A DNA stretch of 55,058 bases, taken from positions 1 through 55,058 of the forward strand of contig JBEGUW010000124.1 of NCBI GenBank assembly GCA_041178665.1. The letters are read 5' to 3'. Each line of letters opens with the position of its first letter. Positions within the stretch are counted from its first letter, which is position 1. Both the position numbers and the translations under genes were made by a program. The stretch is from Bacteroidota bacterium. Its GTDB lineage: Bacteria > Bacteroidota > Bacteroidia > NS11-12g > UBA955. Positions 44,969-54,580 of this stretch are shown piece by piece. The notes under the pieces are model-generated. The model was not told where the DNA came from, searched no databases, and saw nothing but the letters and a program-made list of their open reading frames with translations.

Positions 44969-46249
44969 CTATTTTTTGTAAAAACGTATCACAGGGCGAA
45001 ACCCTACATAATTGCTACTGTGGTTGGACTGCATAAATTGCAACGCGGATGGATCCAAATAATGAAACTCTTGTGCCCACGATCCACCTTTGATTGCGAA
45101 GTGTGATTGTAGTGCGGTTTCATCAACCAAATAACCTCTTAAGTCGAATACGTTTGGTTGCTGATAAGGGTTTGGAATGAGTTGCCCATTCGTATTTAGA
45201 ATGGTTGTGTTGCTATTATAAAGGTGTCCGTAAGCCGATGTAGATGTCCATTCCGATACGTTGCCTAATAAATGTGAAATCTGTCCGTAGGATTTATGGG
45301 GTAAGGCATTTACGGGCATTGGACGACTCAAATTGGCATTTTCGACTTCTGAAATTTGATAGCCTCGATTGGTTAAAACCCCTTGATATGCAACGGGTTG
45401 TGTTGTGGTATTTCTGTTTAACACGAAATCTAACAGCGCATTCCCCTTATTGGGTTTTGAAAAAAGGATACCAGAGAATCTTTGAGGTACCTCCTTATTC
45501 TTCTTCGTTGCTTTTCCATTCCGTCGCATTTCAAAAGGCATCTCAATGGCTTGTTTATATAAATACATCCATTCTGCGGTGGTTGGCAAATCAATTTCAA
45601 AGGTTAATCCTTCTTTATTTAATGAAGATAACCATTCCTGATAGGGTTTACTTTGATTCTGTTCGATTTTAGTTTTGAGCCAATGGCAAAATGCTATCGC
45701 TTGAATTTGGCTGATACCCACCACAGGGTAATTGTTGAAGTTGGCGGACTGAAAATAGTAATTACGGAAGGGGTTTTTTACACTGCTGCGTTCTGCGGTG
45801 GCAGGGATGTCTTTCCAAACTAGTGTGTCAGGATACAGCTGCCCGATGGTATAGCCGTTCAATTTCATCCATTCGGAATCCATCAAAAATTCTTTGTATC
45901 CTCTATTGGTAATTTCGGTGCTGGCCGACATAAATGGGCCGCATGCCAGGCGTTCCTCGATGGGTAGAATAGTGTCGAACCCCAACTGCGGACTAGACTG
46001 ATACTCCAAATAGGGCATCGCATTTTCAATTCCATTGATTGCGAATTTTGTACTCGGAAAGCATCGAAAATTAAAAAAACGCATCGAAGTATGACCCCAA
46101 ACTTCAGCGCTTGGTGTTACACTTTGCTTAATAGGCTCATTGGCGGTGAAATAATATTTCATCAAAAACTCTGGATGCGCGGTACGCTGCGCCCAAAGAT
46201 TGTCGCCAATGAGGAAAATGAAAAAGGATAATAGAATGCGAGCTCGCAT
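44969..46249 (-). CDS. SUMF1/FGE-sulfatase-fold domain protein (GldJ/GldK-like), secreted
   Basis: 426 aa with a signal peptide. TEITNRGYKEFL and YPVVGISQIQAIAFCHWL are in the N-terminal half. NVSEWT...GGSW...VGFRPV is in the C-terminal half, split by a ~150-aa insertion. Confidence 0.75.
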   Translation of the reverse strand: MRARILLSFFIFLIGDNLWAQRTAHPEFLMKYYFTANEPIKQSVTPSAEVWGHTSMRFFNFRCFPSTKFAINGIENAMPYLEYQSSPQLGFDTILPIEERLACGPFMSASTEITNRGYKEFLMDSEWMKLNGYTIGQLYPDTLVWKDIPATAERSSVKNPFRNYYFQSANFNNYPVVGISQIQAIAFCHWLKTKIEQNQSKPYQEWLSSLNKEGLTFEIDLPTTAEWMYLYKQAIEMPFEMRRNGKATKKNKEVPQRFSGILFSKPNKGNALLDFVLNRNTTTQPVAYQGVLTNRGYQISEVENANLSRPMPVNALPHKSYGQISHLLGNVSEWTSTSAYGHLYNSNTTILNTNGQLIPNPYQQPNVFDLRGYLVDETALQSHFAIKGGSWAQEFHYLDPSALQFMQSNHSSNYVGFRPVIRFYKK

Positions 46250-46270
46250 CCTTCAAATTTAACTTTAAAT

Positions 46271-46738
46271 TTACAAAGTGGCTAAAACCTCTTTGATTTT
46301 ATCAAGGTTTGGAATTTCACCGGCGTTGTCTAAGATTTCAACGTATTGCAAAACGCCTTTTGGGTCAACAACAAAAGCAGATCTTTTAGAAACACCTTTC
46401 ATTCCAAATGCAAAAGTCTCATAAATGGTTTCGTAAGCAATACTCACTGTTTTATTGAAATCGCTTAGCATCTGAAAGTTAAATCCTTGTTGTTCTTTCC
46501 AATTTTCTAAGGTGAAAACTGAATCAACGGAAATCGCCAAAATCTCAGCATTCAACGAACTATATACATTCATATTGTCGCGAATTCCGCAAAGTTCCGT
46601 GGTGCAAACACCAGTAAATGCTTGGGGGTAGAACAACAATACTACAGATTTACCTAAGTACTGAGACAAAGTAACTTCTTGTTTTTCACTGTTGAATAAT
46701 GTGAAATCGGGGGCTATTGATCCTATTTGAATGCTCAT
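46271..46738 (-). CDS. Peroxiredoxin, BCP/PrxQ-like (CxxxxC)
   Basis: The active-site motif is YPQAFTGVCTTELC. ATG 46738 (MSIQIGSIAPDF...) is preferred over the track start 46756, because a -7 box lies inside the longer version. Confidence 0.9.
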   Translation of the reverse strand: MSIQIGSIAPDFTLFNSEKQEVTLSQYLGKSVVLLFYPQAFTGVCTTELCGIRDNMNVYSSLNAEILAISVDSVFTLENWKEQQGFNFQMLSDFNKTVSIAYETIYETFAFGMKGVSKRSAFVVDPKGVLQYVEILDNAGEIPNLDKIKEVLATL

Positions 46739-46744
46739 AATGTG

Positions 46745-46752
46745 CAAAGTTA
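46745..46752 (-). promoter_or_regulatory. Candidate -7 box TAACTTTG (minus strand) for the peroxiredoxin gene
   Basis: Exact TAnnTTTG match on the minus strand, 6 nt upstream of ATG 46738. Confidence 0.35.
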
Positions 46753-46774
46753 ACAATCGGAAGTAAAAATAGAT

Positions 46775-49381
46775 TTATTGAAACAATACGGGATTGCTAA
46801 ATACCTTTTTATTTAACTTCAAATCTTGTAATAATGGGCTCTTGGGTCGCAGTGTGAATAGCCACATTTTGGCATACCCGCTCGGAATCCACTTAAATTC
46901 CAATTGCCAGCAGTGAAGGTTTCTTACCACCGAAAATTCGCTTCCGGCCATCATATTCCTTTTTAAATCATAGCCCGTACTGTAGGCAATCTTCCATTCT
47001 TGGGTGATGCTGATGTCGCCGTTGATTGAAACCCTGTGATTCGTTAGCTTGTTATTGGCAATTGCGATTTCGTTATTGTAGCCAACATTGTAAGTGAAAT
47101 TCATCGACCAGGGAATACTGAAATCGAAATAATTCCACGGTTGCGATTGTACCATTCTCAATTCGGCTTCATCCGTTTTTAGTGGATTCGTGAGTTTAGA
47201 CGATACACTTTCTGTCGATTTTTTTCCGCCAAATAATTCCGGTGTGATGCGTGAATTGATGCTTAAATCTACCCCGCGATATCGTATGATTGGCCCGCCA
47301 TTGGCTGCCGAAAATGTGTTGATTTTGCGCCCATTCACATATGAGTAGGGGCTAAGGCCGGAGTTGATTCCAATTCTTATCTGCTTCGCAATTACGGTGT
47401 TGAATCCAAGGTTGATATCGCTCCATTGTAAACTGTCGGCGGCCAGATCGTAGTTCCCACTAATCATTAATTGGTCGATTAGATTCGCTTTTTCCAACTT
47501 CTCTTTCCCCGTGGTGTCTTTTCCGATTACTTTTTTCGCCTGCAGGTTGTTGCTCAGTGAAAATCCTATCGCTCCACCCTTGCGTTGCACATAATCAGAA
47601 CCGCCATATTTTTCGAACAAACTATAGCCAATATTCTTGCCAGATGTGTCGATGTAAGTCCGATTCCAACCCCTTTCATAGCCGTCAATTTCTGGACGAT
47701 AATTGAAGTTTAAATTGGGGGTGATAGTGTGTCTGATAGAACGAATGTTCCCCAAATTCAATTTTGTAAATGTACCGTAAATGTTGGTACTTATTCCAGT
47801 GGAAAAACTATAATTATTTAATCTAAAAAATCCACTAGTATCTTTTGAAACTAATTGCTTTGTTAATGGATCAATGGATTTAGTATTTGCTTTAAATAGC
47901 CATTTTTCTTGGTAGCTAGCCGATGGAGTCACGTTTAGCACACCTTTGAACAATTTTATATTTGTGCTAAGGGGTATTGAATGCTTCACGGCCGATTGTA
48001 TAGTGGCGAGAACGTCTTTGTATTTGTCGCTAAATATTAATGTATCTTTTGTATTCAATGAATTGGTGAAATTCATATTATACGATAGTCTAAGTTGTTC
48101 GAACCATTTTGTATTTGTTCCGTTCTTTTTTGCAAAGGGTGTTAAGCTGGATACGCCGACGTTGACATTGGGTAATTCCAATCTGAAATCGTGGGTTTGA
48201 ACGTTTTGGGTGTGGCGGGCTGAGGCGGACAAATTGACCTTATTTTTTAGGAAGCTTTGTCCATAATTTACGCTGGAGACAAATTCGTTTTTCGACAGTG
48301 TTTGAATGTCTTTTGAATTTCGTTTGTTGTAATTTCCGGTAACGATGTTGATGTTCCCGTTTAGTGTTACACCGGGAAGCAATTTTCGGTCGAGCCCAAA
48401 TCGAGAATTGATAGAAAAATCGTTCGTTTTGGAGAAAAATGGACTGGCACGATCTGTTCCGTTGCCGAAACGACTCATATTTACTGCAAGGGCTCCGCTG
48501 TATTTGTATCGTTTGATAAAATTGGTTGTAACGCCCATACGGAAATCGCCATTGAAATAAAGGTCGGAATTCACCTGGGCATCGGCAAATTTCCCCAAGC
48601 CCTGATAATAACCCAAGTTGGACAGGAAAAAGCTATTGTTACTATTGTTAAAGCCTGGATTTGGCATGATTAGTCCATTGCGTTGTCCTTTTTTCATTGG
48701 GGCAATCCCAAAGGGTAGCGCTAGGGGTGTTGGGATATCGGCCAGGACGAGGTTTGCAGCGCCAAAAAGTACTTTGTTATTGGGTATTACTTTGATTTTT
48801 GATGCGTTCAGGTAAAAATGGGGGTGGGGGTCGGAGCAGGTGCTAATCTTTCCGGAATTGCCCATCAAACTGCCATCGGGTTGTTTCATCACCTGTTTGA
48901 GTTGGACATGGGCCTCGTCTTGGGTCAGGGACAAGCCATACACCATTCCTTTTTTTGATTCGTTGTTGTATCGCAAGCTATCGGAAGTATAGGCATCGTT
49001 CCCATCTTTAAAGATCGGTTGATTGATGTACTTGCCGGTAGAGTCGATATTTCCTTTTGCGAAAAGGGTTTTGTTGGCAAAGGCTACCTCGATATAGTTC
49101 GCGTTTAGTTCGGTTTCATCCATATCCACCTTTGCTTTATTATATAGCAAGGCTTTTCCATTCTCCATTTTTAGTATGATGGAATCTGAGGCTTCGTAAT
49201 GGATGGGGTTGTTAATTGCCTTTTTGGCGGGCGACGGATTACTTACGCTGTCTTTTTTTGTGGACGCTGTCGTTATTCCTTGCGCTGATAAAGGATTGAG
49301 GTTGCCTAGGCAAAGCGCGAATACAACTGTTAACAATTGTTGTAGGCATCTATGGTAATATGAATGTTCGCGGTTTGACAA
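46775..49381 (-). CDS. lptD: LPS-assembly protein LptD-like (OstA-family) outer membrane protein
   Basis: 868 aa. It has a signal peptide, an OstA-like N-terminal beta-jellyroll region (IHYEASDSIILKMENGKALLYNKAKVDMDETELNANYIEV...) and a very large beta-barrel. It sits divergent to an Amidase_3 gene, as is usual in Bacteroidota. The start is uncertain (TTG 49381 or TTG 49336). Confidence 0.8.
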   Translation of the reverse strand: MSNREHSYYHRCLQQLLTVVFALCLGNLNPLSAQGITTASTKKDSVSNPSPAKKAINNPIHYEASDSIILKMENGKALLYNKAKVDMDETELNANYIEVAFANKTLFAKGNIDSTGKYINQPIFKDGNDAYTSDSLRYNNESKKGMVYGLSLTQDEAHVQLKQVMKQPDGSLMGNSGKISTCSDPHPHFYLNASKIKVIPNNKVLFGAANLVLADIPTPLALPFGIAPMKKGQRNGLIMPNPGFNNSNNSFFLSNLGYYQGLGKFADAQVNSDLYFNGDFRMGVTTNFIKRYKYSGALAVNMSRFGNGTDRASPFFSKTNDFSINSRFGLDRKLLPGVTLNGNINIVTGNYNKRNSKDIQTLSKNEFVSSVNYGQSFLKNKVNLSASARHTQNVQTHDFRLELPNVNVGVSSLTPFAKKNGTNTKWFEQLRLSYNMNFTNSLNTKDTLIFSDKYKDVLATIQSAVKHSIPLSTNIKLFKGVLNVTPSASYQEKWLFKANTKSIDPLTKQLVSKDTSGFFRLNNYSFSTGISTNIYGTFTKLNLGNIRSIRHTITPNLNFNYRPEIDGYERGWNRTYIDTSGKNIGYSLFEKYGGSDYVQRKGGAIGFSLSNNLQAKKVIGKDTTGKEKLEKANLIDQLMISGNYDLAADSLQWSDINLGFNTVIAKQIRIGINSGLSPYSYVNGRKINTFSAANGGPIIRYRGVDLSINSRITPELFGGKKSTESVSSKLTNPLKTDEAELRMVQSQPWNYFDFSIPWSMNFTYNVGYNNEIAIANNKLTNHRVSINGDISITQEWKIAYSTGYDLKRNMMAGSEFSVVRNLHCWQLEFKWIPSGYAKMWLFTLRPKSPLLQDLKLNKKVFSNPVLFQ

Positions 49382-49437
49382 TTTTCAGCGAATTTCGGCA
49401 AAAAGTTTGCCATGATTGCGTTATGCAACAGGAAAGA

Positions 49438-50277
49438 ATGAAACAAATGTTAAAATTCATGCGGAGAGGCCTTCAACAGACGATGCATTTTTGTTTATCG
49501 TTGGGACTTTTGATATGTTTACCCGCCGCCAAAAAGGTGAGGGTAAGCAATTCTGTGAATACATTGGTTATTGATGCGGGTCATGGTGGATTGGATCCGG
49601 GTTGCAATGGCAACAATGAGATTTTTGAAAAGGATGTGACATTGGGTGTGGCTTTAAAATTGGGAAAACTCTTGAAAGACAGTTTGCCATCGATAAAAGT
49701 CTTATTCACTAGAACTACGGATAAATCGTTAAAATTGTGGGAAAGACCCAATTTGGCGAATGATAGACAGGCGGATTTGTTTATTTCAATTCACTGCAAC
49801 GCCAATCCCAACAAGGCAGCCGCGGGTAGTGAAACTTATTTTATGGGGCTGCATAAATCTGAAGGGAATTTAGAGGTCGCCAAGCGTGAAAATGCCGTAA
49901 TCACTTATGAGTCTGATTACAAGGAAAACACCAGGTATGGCGGGTTTGATCCAGATTCGCCGGAAGGACATATTATATTCAGCTTGGTGCAGAATGCGTT
50001 TATGAAACAAAGCTTGAAATTGGCTAGTGGAATTGAAAGTCATACAAGCAAATTAAGTCCCATTAAAACGCGAGGTGTTAAGCAAGCAGGATTTTTGGTT
50101 TTGTGGCAAACTTCAATGCCAAGTGTTTTGGTAGAAACTGGTTTTTTAACCAACTCTACGGACCGCATTAGTTTGAAGTCGAATGATGGTCAGCAAAAGA
50201 TTGCGTTAGGCATTTTTAGGGCGGTGCGGGACTATAAAAATTCGTTGGAATTGCTAAATTCCGTGAACGGAAAATGA
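49438..50277 (+). CDS. N-acetylmuramoyl-L-alanine amidase (Amidase_3 family)
   Basis: Motifs LVIDAGHGGLDPG, DLFISIHCNA, GSETYF and GFLVLWQTSMPSVLVETGFLTN. The track start 49360 overlaps lptD. I prefer one of the ATGs at 49423-49459 and list 49438. Confidence 0.85.
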   Translation: MKQMLKFMRRGLQQTMHFCLSLGLLICLPAAKKVRVSNSVNTLVIDAGHGGLDPGCNGNNEIFEKDVTLGVALKLGKLLKDSLPSIKVLFTRTTDKSLKLWERPNLANDRQADLFISIHCNANPNKAAAGSETYFMGLHKSEGNLEVAKRENAVITYESDYKENTRYGGFDPDSPEGHIIFSLVQNAFMKQSLKLASGIESHTSKLSPIKTRGVKQAGFLVLWQTSMPSVLVETGFLTNSTDRISLKSNDGQQKIALGIFRAVRDYKNSLELLNSVNGK

Positions 50278-50336
50278 ATTTCGGGCTGAACGCCGTTGGA
50301 ATCGTGTAAAAAAAATTAAATTTTTTATCAATTTTC

Positions 50337-50364
50337 TTGCAACCAATTGACTTTTTCGCGTCAT
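50337..50364 (+). promoter_or_regulatory. Second copy of the ECF-type element TTGCAACCAAT-N10-GCGTCAT
   Basis: Identical 11-nt and 7-nt blocks and identical spacer length to 3593-3620. It ends 27 nt upstream of ATG 50392. Confidence 0.4.
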
Positions 50365-50391
50365 TTGTGAAAATATATTTAAGAAAAAACT

Positions 50392-53300
50392 ATGAAATCA
50401 ACAATTACACAACTCAAAAAGCTTGCGTTTTTAGGGGTTCTCGTGGGTGGTTTATTCACCTCGAGTTCTTTGAAAGCGCAAACGCCATGCTCGGGAACAT
50501 CTTCCTGGGGATGTGGTGGCTACTTTGGTACAATCAGTGGTACATCCACAGATGCACCGGGTGACATCCTAGATGTAACGGTAAAGAATGCTAAAGGAAC
50601 AACTTTGGCATCTTACAATGGTCTTGGATGTAACTCAACTAGCGCGGCAACTTCTTACAGGGGTATTCTTAACACCGGTAAGGCGTTCGATTTAACGGCT
50701 AGTGAATCTATTTCTGTTACTGTTACAGGTGGAACTTGGGCCTCTCAAGGTTGGGGTTCTCGTATCGGTATTTGGATTGACGCTAACCGTGATGGTAGTT
50801 TTGCTACTGCAGAATGCGTTGTAGATCCTAGTTCAAATATTGCTTCTGGTGTTACAACTTTTAATTTGAAAATGCCATGTTGGTCAACATCTGGGTCGAG
50901 TTACATGCGTGTTCGTGGTGGTGCTCAGGTATACACTATGTCGGCCAGTAATGGTTGTGGTGTTGCACAGACCTATGGTAACTGTTTTGACTTGGAAGTT
51001 AATTTGAAGCTTGGTGCTTCTCCGACTGCAAACTTTATCGTTCCAACAGGTACTAACTATGTAAAGACGAATGTTAAATTTAGTGCGGTGAATCCAAGTA
51101 GTGGCTACACGTATAAATGGACTTTTGACAAGGCAGTTGCGCCTCCATACACTGGATTTAGTGATAAAACGGATAAAGGAGCGGCAAAATGGGCATCTGC
51201 GGGAACGTATGATGTTAAAATGCTTGTTAATTATTGTGGACTTGCGGATTCTGCGTCTAAGTCGGTAACGATTGTTGCGCCTACTGCTGTTCCAAAGGCA
51301 GATTTTGTAGCTTCTACAAACGAATCTGAAATTTATTATGATGTTACCATGTATGACTTGAGTAACAACGGAGCTTATAGTTATAGTTGGGAATTGACCT
51401 CACCTACTGGTGTTGATGATCAAACATCTACTGCTCAAAATCCTAAATTTACATTAAGTGAATTGGGTTGGTATAAAGTTTGTTTGACATCTTCAAACGA
51501 TATCGGTCCTTCAAGTAAATTATGTAAAGATCGCTATGTAGAGTGTATCGCTCCAACTGAGTATTACATGGGACCTTCTAAAGAGGCTCAATCTAAGACA
51601 GGTCGTTTGTATGATAACGGTGGTCCAACTGCCCCTTATGGAAACAGTCGTAAGACGTCTATTGACTATTTCAAAATCATTCCTTGTGGAGCAACTAAAA
51701 TCACCTTGTCATTTGGTGAATTGAAATTGGCAGATAACCGTGACATCTTACGCATTTATGATGCAAAAGAGGCAACTGCAAATAAGTTGATTGCTACAAT
51801 TGACGGTAACAATGTTTCTAAATATGATACTGCTAAAATTGTAACCACTAGTGGTGCGGTATACATTACGTTTGAATCTAATGGTTCTGGAACTGCGAAT
51901 GGTTTTATCATCAACTGGGAATCTGTATTGGCTCCAGCGGTTAAGCCTTCAGCAAAATGGACAACTGATTACAACCCAGCTGCCAATGGTTTGAATGTTA
52001 ACTTCGTGAATTCTTCTAGCAATGTTAAGGGTCTTCCTACTTATGAGTGGCAGATCGATGGTAATCCTGAGTCTAGTGCTACGGATTACACTCGTGCCTT
52101 CTACACAGATGGTAGCTATCAGGTATGTTTGATCGCTTTGACATGTACAGGTGTTGATACATTCTGTAAGTCAATCACAATCAACACCCCAACTGCTCCT
52201 GGCTATTTGGATTACACTGTGAGCAATGTTCGTCCAAATATTGGTGATGTAGTTACAATCACAACTAAGACTGATTATGCTAACACTTTCGAATGGAGCA
52301 TTTTCCCTACTTCTTTCACTTATGAAAATGGTACAGATAAGAATAGCCAAAACCCACAATTGAAATTCCAAAAGGGTGGTGCTTACACATTCACTTTGAG
52401 TGCTTACAACTCTGTAGGTGGTAAGACTGCAACTGAGAAAAAATTGATCAAAAACAAATATGTTGTTTGTTTGGACTATTGTATTCCTTTGGTTGATTTG
52501 TTGTCAGCTGACGTTGGAATCAATAATGTAACAGTTAAGTCTGGTAGTACTGAATTAATGAATAATACATCTACTTCAGGTATTGACTATTATACCAATT
52601 TCGCGGATAAAGTAGCTCCGGCTAAATTGACATTCGGAGGTACTTATGATTTATCTATCGGTCGTAACACAATTTCTAACTCTGTAAATTACAAGGCTTG
52701 GATTGACTGGAACATTGATGGTGACTTCGCTGATGCAGGTGAAGAAGTTTACAGCAGCGGAACAATTGCTGGTGCATCTGCTAATGGTAAGTTTACTGTG
52801 CCTGATATCTCAAATTCATTTGAAGGTAATACCCGCATGCGTGTAGGTGTATCTTACAGTTCATTCTCGAATACATACTGTGGAATTAACACTGTGGGTG
52901 AATTTGAAGATTACGTGTTGACGTTAGCTAATGATGGTCAGATACCTGTAATTACTTTGGTTGGTGGTGATACAGTTCGTGTTGAAAAAACTGCAACTAA
53001 AACTGCATGTTATGCTGAAATCGCAGGAACTACTTTCAAGGCTAATGATGCAACTCAAGGTGATATGACTTCTAGTGTAGTTGTTAAGACTGACTTGGAT
53101 TGTTCAGCTCCTGGTATCTATAGCTTCCAATTTGATCTACGTGATGCATCAGGAAACAATGCTGTTACTAAATTCCGTACGGTAATTGTTGCTTTGGACA
53201 AAACTGCTCCTAAGTTGACATTGAATGGCAAAGACACTATGGTGTTGGAGCAGTGTGATACTTACACTGAGCCAGGTGCTGTAGCAATTGATGCTAACGA

Positions 53301-54480
53301 TGGTAACTTGACTTCAGCAATCAAAATTGCTGGTAAAGTTGATGCTGGAACTGTAGGTGTTTACACTTTGGTTTACTCAGTATCTGATGCACAAAAGAAT
53401 GCAATCTCTATCAAGCGTGTAGTTATTGTAAAAGACACTAAAGTCCCTAGCATCTTGAAATTGGCTAAAGCGATCGTAGATGGTACAATCATCAATGTTC
53501 AAATTGGTGGTGTATTCGTTGATGATGTTTATGCAATGGATCCTTGTAACGGTTCAATCTTTGTTTCTAAGAATCCAGGTTTCAACGGTCCTGTTAACAC
53601 TAACATCCGTGCGACATACCCTGTATCTTACAAATCAGTTGATCCTTCTGGTAACAAAGCATTGGAAGATGGTTTTGTATTGAACTACCGTGTTGACGAT
53701 TATATCGCTCCAGAAATCGAATTGAATACTAGTGATACTGTTTTACATGATGTAAACAACGCTTACTATTCACGTTCAGTAACTGTAGTGGATAATTTCT
53801 ACTCTAAGTCTCAACTTTCAGTTACTAAGACTGGTAAAGTAGATGCTTATACTTTGGGTACTTATGTTGAAACATTCACTGCAACTGATGGTAGCGGAAA
53901 CGTTACAACTAAGCAGCGTTTCATCAAAGTTGTTGATAGGATTTCTCCTACCATCACTGCACCTGCAATCTCTGTATGTATCGCTACTCCTTTCTGGGCA
54001 ATGTCTGGTTTGATTGTACGTGACAACTATTATTCTTCTGGTGATTTGATGCCTTTGGTTAAAGTATTGGGACATAACGTGAACGTAATGGAAGCTGGTG
54101 TTTACTATATCAACTATTCTTTGGTTGATCCTAGTGGAAACGAAGCAACTGCGGTTTCTCGTCCAGTATATGTTGCTTACCCACCAAATTGCTTCAATAC
54201 TTACATGGGAACTGAGAGCGCGAAATTGCAAGATGCAGTTTCTGTTCATCCTAACCCAACTACTGGATTGTTGACTGTAGGTTATAACTTGACCAACAAT
54301 CAACCTTTGAATGTAGTAGTTACGAATGCATTCGGTGCAGTTGTATCTAAGTTGGATAACTTGCAAGGTGGATTTGGTAACACTCAAATCGACTTGAGCA
54401 ACGTAAGCGAAGGTATCTACTTCGTGAACTTGACCAACAACGGTGAAACTGTTACTAAGCGTGTTGTAGTTAAACACTAA
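50392..54480 (+). CDS. Giant secreted adhesin-like protein: two GEVED-like domains, PKD domains, a CUB-like domain, five Ig-like (DUF5011/HYR-type) repeats, T9SS type-A C-terminal sorting domain
   Basis: 1362 aa with a signal peptide. GEVED-like modules end in GNCFDLEVNL (about 50488-51003) and GEFEDYVLTL (about 52474-52926). The CUB-like module is at about 51544-51927 (GRLYDNGGP...YGNSRKTSIDYFKIIPCGATKITLSFGELKLADNRDILRIYD...GFIINWES). Ig-like repeats each begin D.(T/I)xP. The CTD reads VHPNPTTGLLTV...GIYFVNLTNNGETVTKRVVVKH. Confidence 0.85.
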   Translation: MKSTITQLKKLAFLGVLVGGLFTSSSLKAQTPCSGTSSWGCGGYFGTISGTSTDAPGDILDVTVKNAKGTTLASYNGLGCNSTSAATSYRGILNTGKAFDLTASESISVTVTGGTWASQGWGSRIGIWIDANRDGSFATAECVVDPSSNIASGVTTFNLKMPCWSTSGSSYMRVRGGAQVYTMSASNGCGVAQTYGNCFDLEVNLKLGASPTANFIVPTGTNYVKTNVKFSAVNPSSGYTYKWTFDKAVAPPYTGFSDKTDKGAAKWASAGTYDVKMLVNYCGLADSASKSVTIVAPTAVPKADFVASTNESEIYYDVTMYDLSNNGAYSYSWELTSPTGVDDQTSTAQNPKFTLSELGWYKVCLTSSNDIGPSSKLCKDRYVECIAPTEYYMGPSKEAQSKTGRLYDNGGPTAPYGNSRKTSIDYFKIIPCGATKITLSFGELKLADNRDILRIYDAKEATANKLIATIDGNNVSKYDTAKIVTTSGAVYITFESNGSGTANGFIINWESVLAPAVKPSAKWTTDYNPAANGLNVNFVNSSSNVKGLPTYEWQIDGNPESSATDYTRAFYTDGSYQVCLIALTCTGVDTFCKSITINTPTAPGYLDYTVSNVRPNIGDVVTITTKTDYANTFEWSIFPTSFTYENGTDKNSQNPQLKFQKGGAYTFTLSAYNSVGGKTATEKKLIKNKYVVCLDYCIPLVDLLSADVGINNVTVKSGSTELMNNTSTSGIDYYTNFADKVAPAKLTFGGTYDLSIGRNTISNSVNYKAWIDWNIDGDFADAGEEVYSSGTIAGASANGKFTVPDISNSFEGNTRMRVGVSYSSFSNTYCGINTVGEFEDYVLTLANDGQIPVITLVGGDTVRVEKTATKTACYAEIAGTTFKANDATQGDMTSSVVVKTDLDCSAPGIYSFQFDLRDASGNNAVTKFRTVIVALDKTAPKLTLNGKDTMVLEQCDTYTEPGAVAIDANDGNLTSAIKIAGKVDAGTVGVYTLVYSVSDAQKNAISIKRVVIVKDTKVPSILKLAKAIVDGTIINVQIGGVFVDDVYAMDPCNGSIFVSKNPGFNGPVNTNIRATYPVSYKSVDPSGNKALEDGFVLNYRVDDYIAPEIELNTSDTVLHDVNNAYYSRSVTVVDNFYSKSQLSVTKTGKVDAYTLGTYVETFTATDGSGNVTTKQRFIKVVDRISPTITAPAISVCIATPFWAMSGLIVRDNYYSSGDLMPLVKVLGHNVNVMEAGVYYINYSLVDPSGNEATAVSRPVYVAYPPNCFNTYMGTESAKLQDAVSVHPNPTTGLLTVGYNLTNNQPLNVVVTNAFGAVVSKLDNLQGGFGNTQIDLSNVSEGIYFVNLTNNGETVTKRVVVKH

Positions 54481-54499
54481 TCATTAAGATTTCATAGTG

Positions 54500-54536
54500 A
54501 AAGGCCCCCGTCTATGACGGGGGCCTTTCTTTTTTT
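54500..54536 (+). terminator. Rho-independent terminator after the adhesin gene
   Basis: Perfect 13-bp stem AAAGGCCCCCGTC / GACGGGGGCCTTT with a TAT loop, followed by CTTTTTTT. Confidence 0.9.
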
Positions 54537-54580
54537 ATAAGCTTTGTATTTTTTACTTATTTTTGAATAACGTATCTACT

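Noticed and set aside
53818-54477. 219-aa minus-strand ORF inside the 3' end of the giant adhesin gene
   Set aside because: It is a shadow ORF opposite a gene whose plus-strand translation shows clear Ig-like repeats and a T9SS CTD. It has no independent coding signal.
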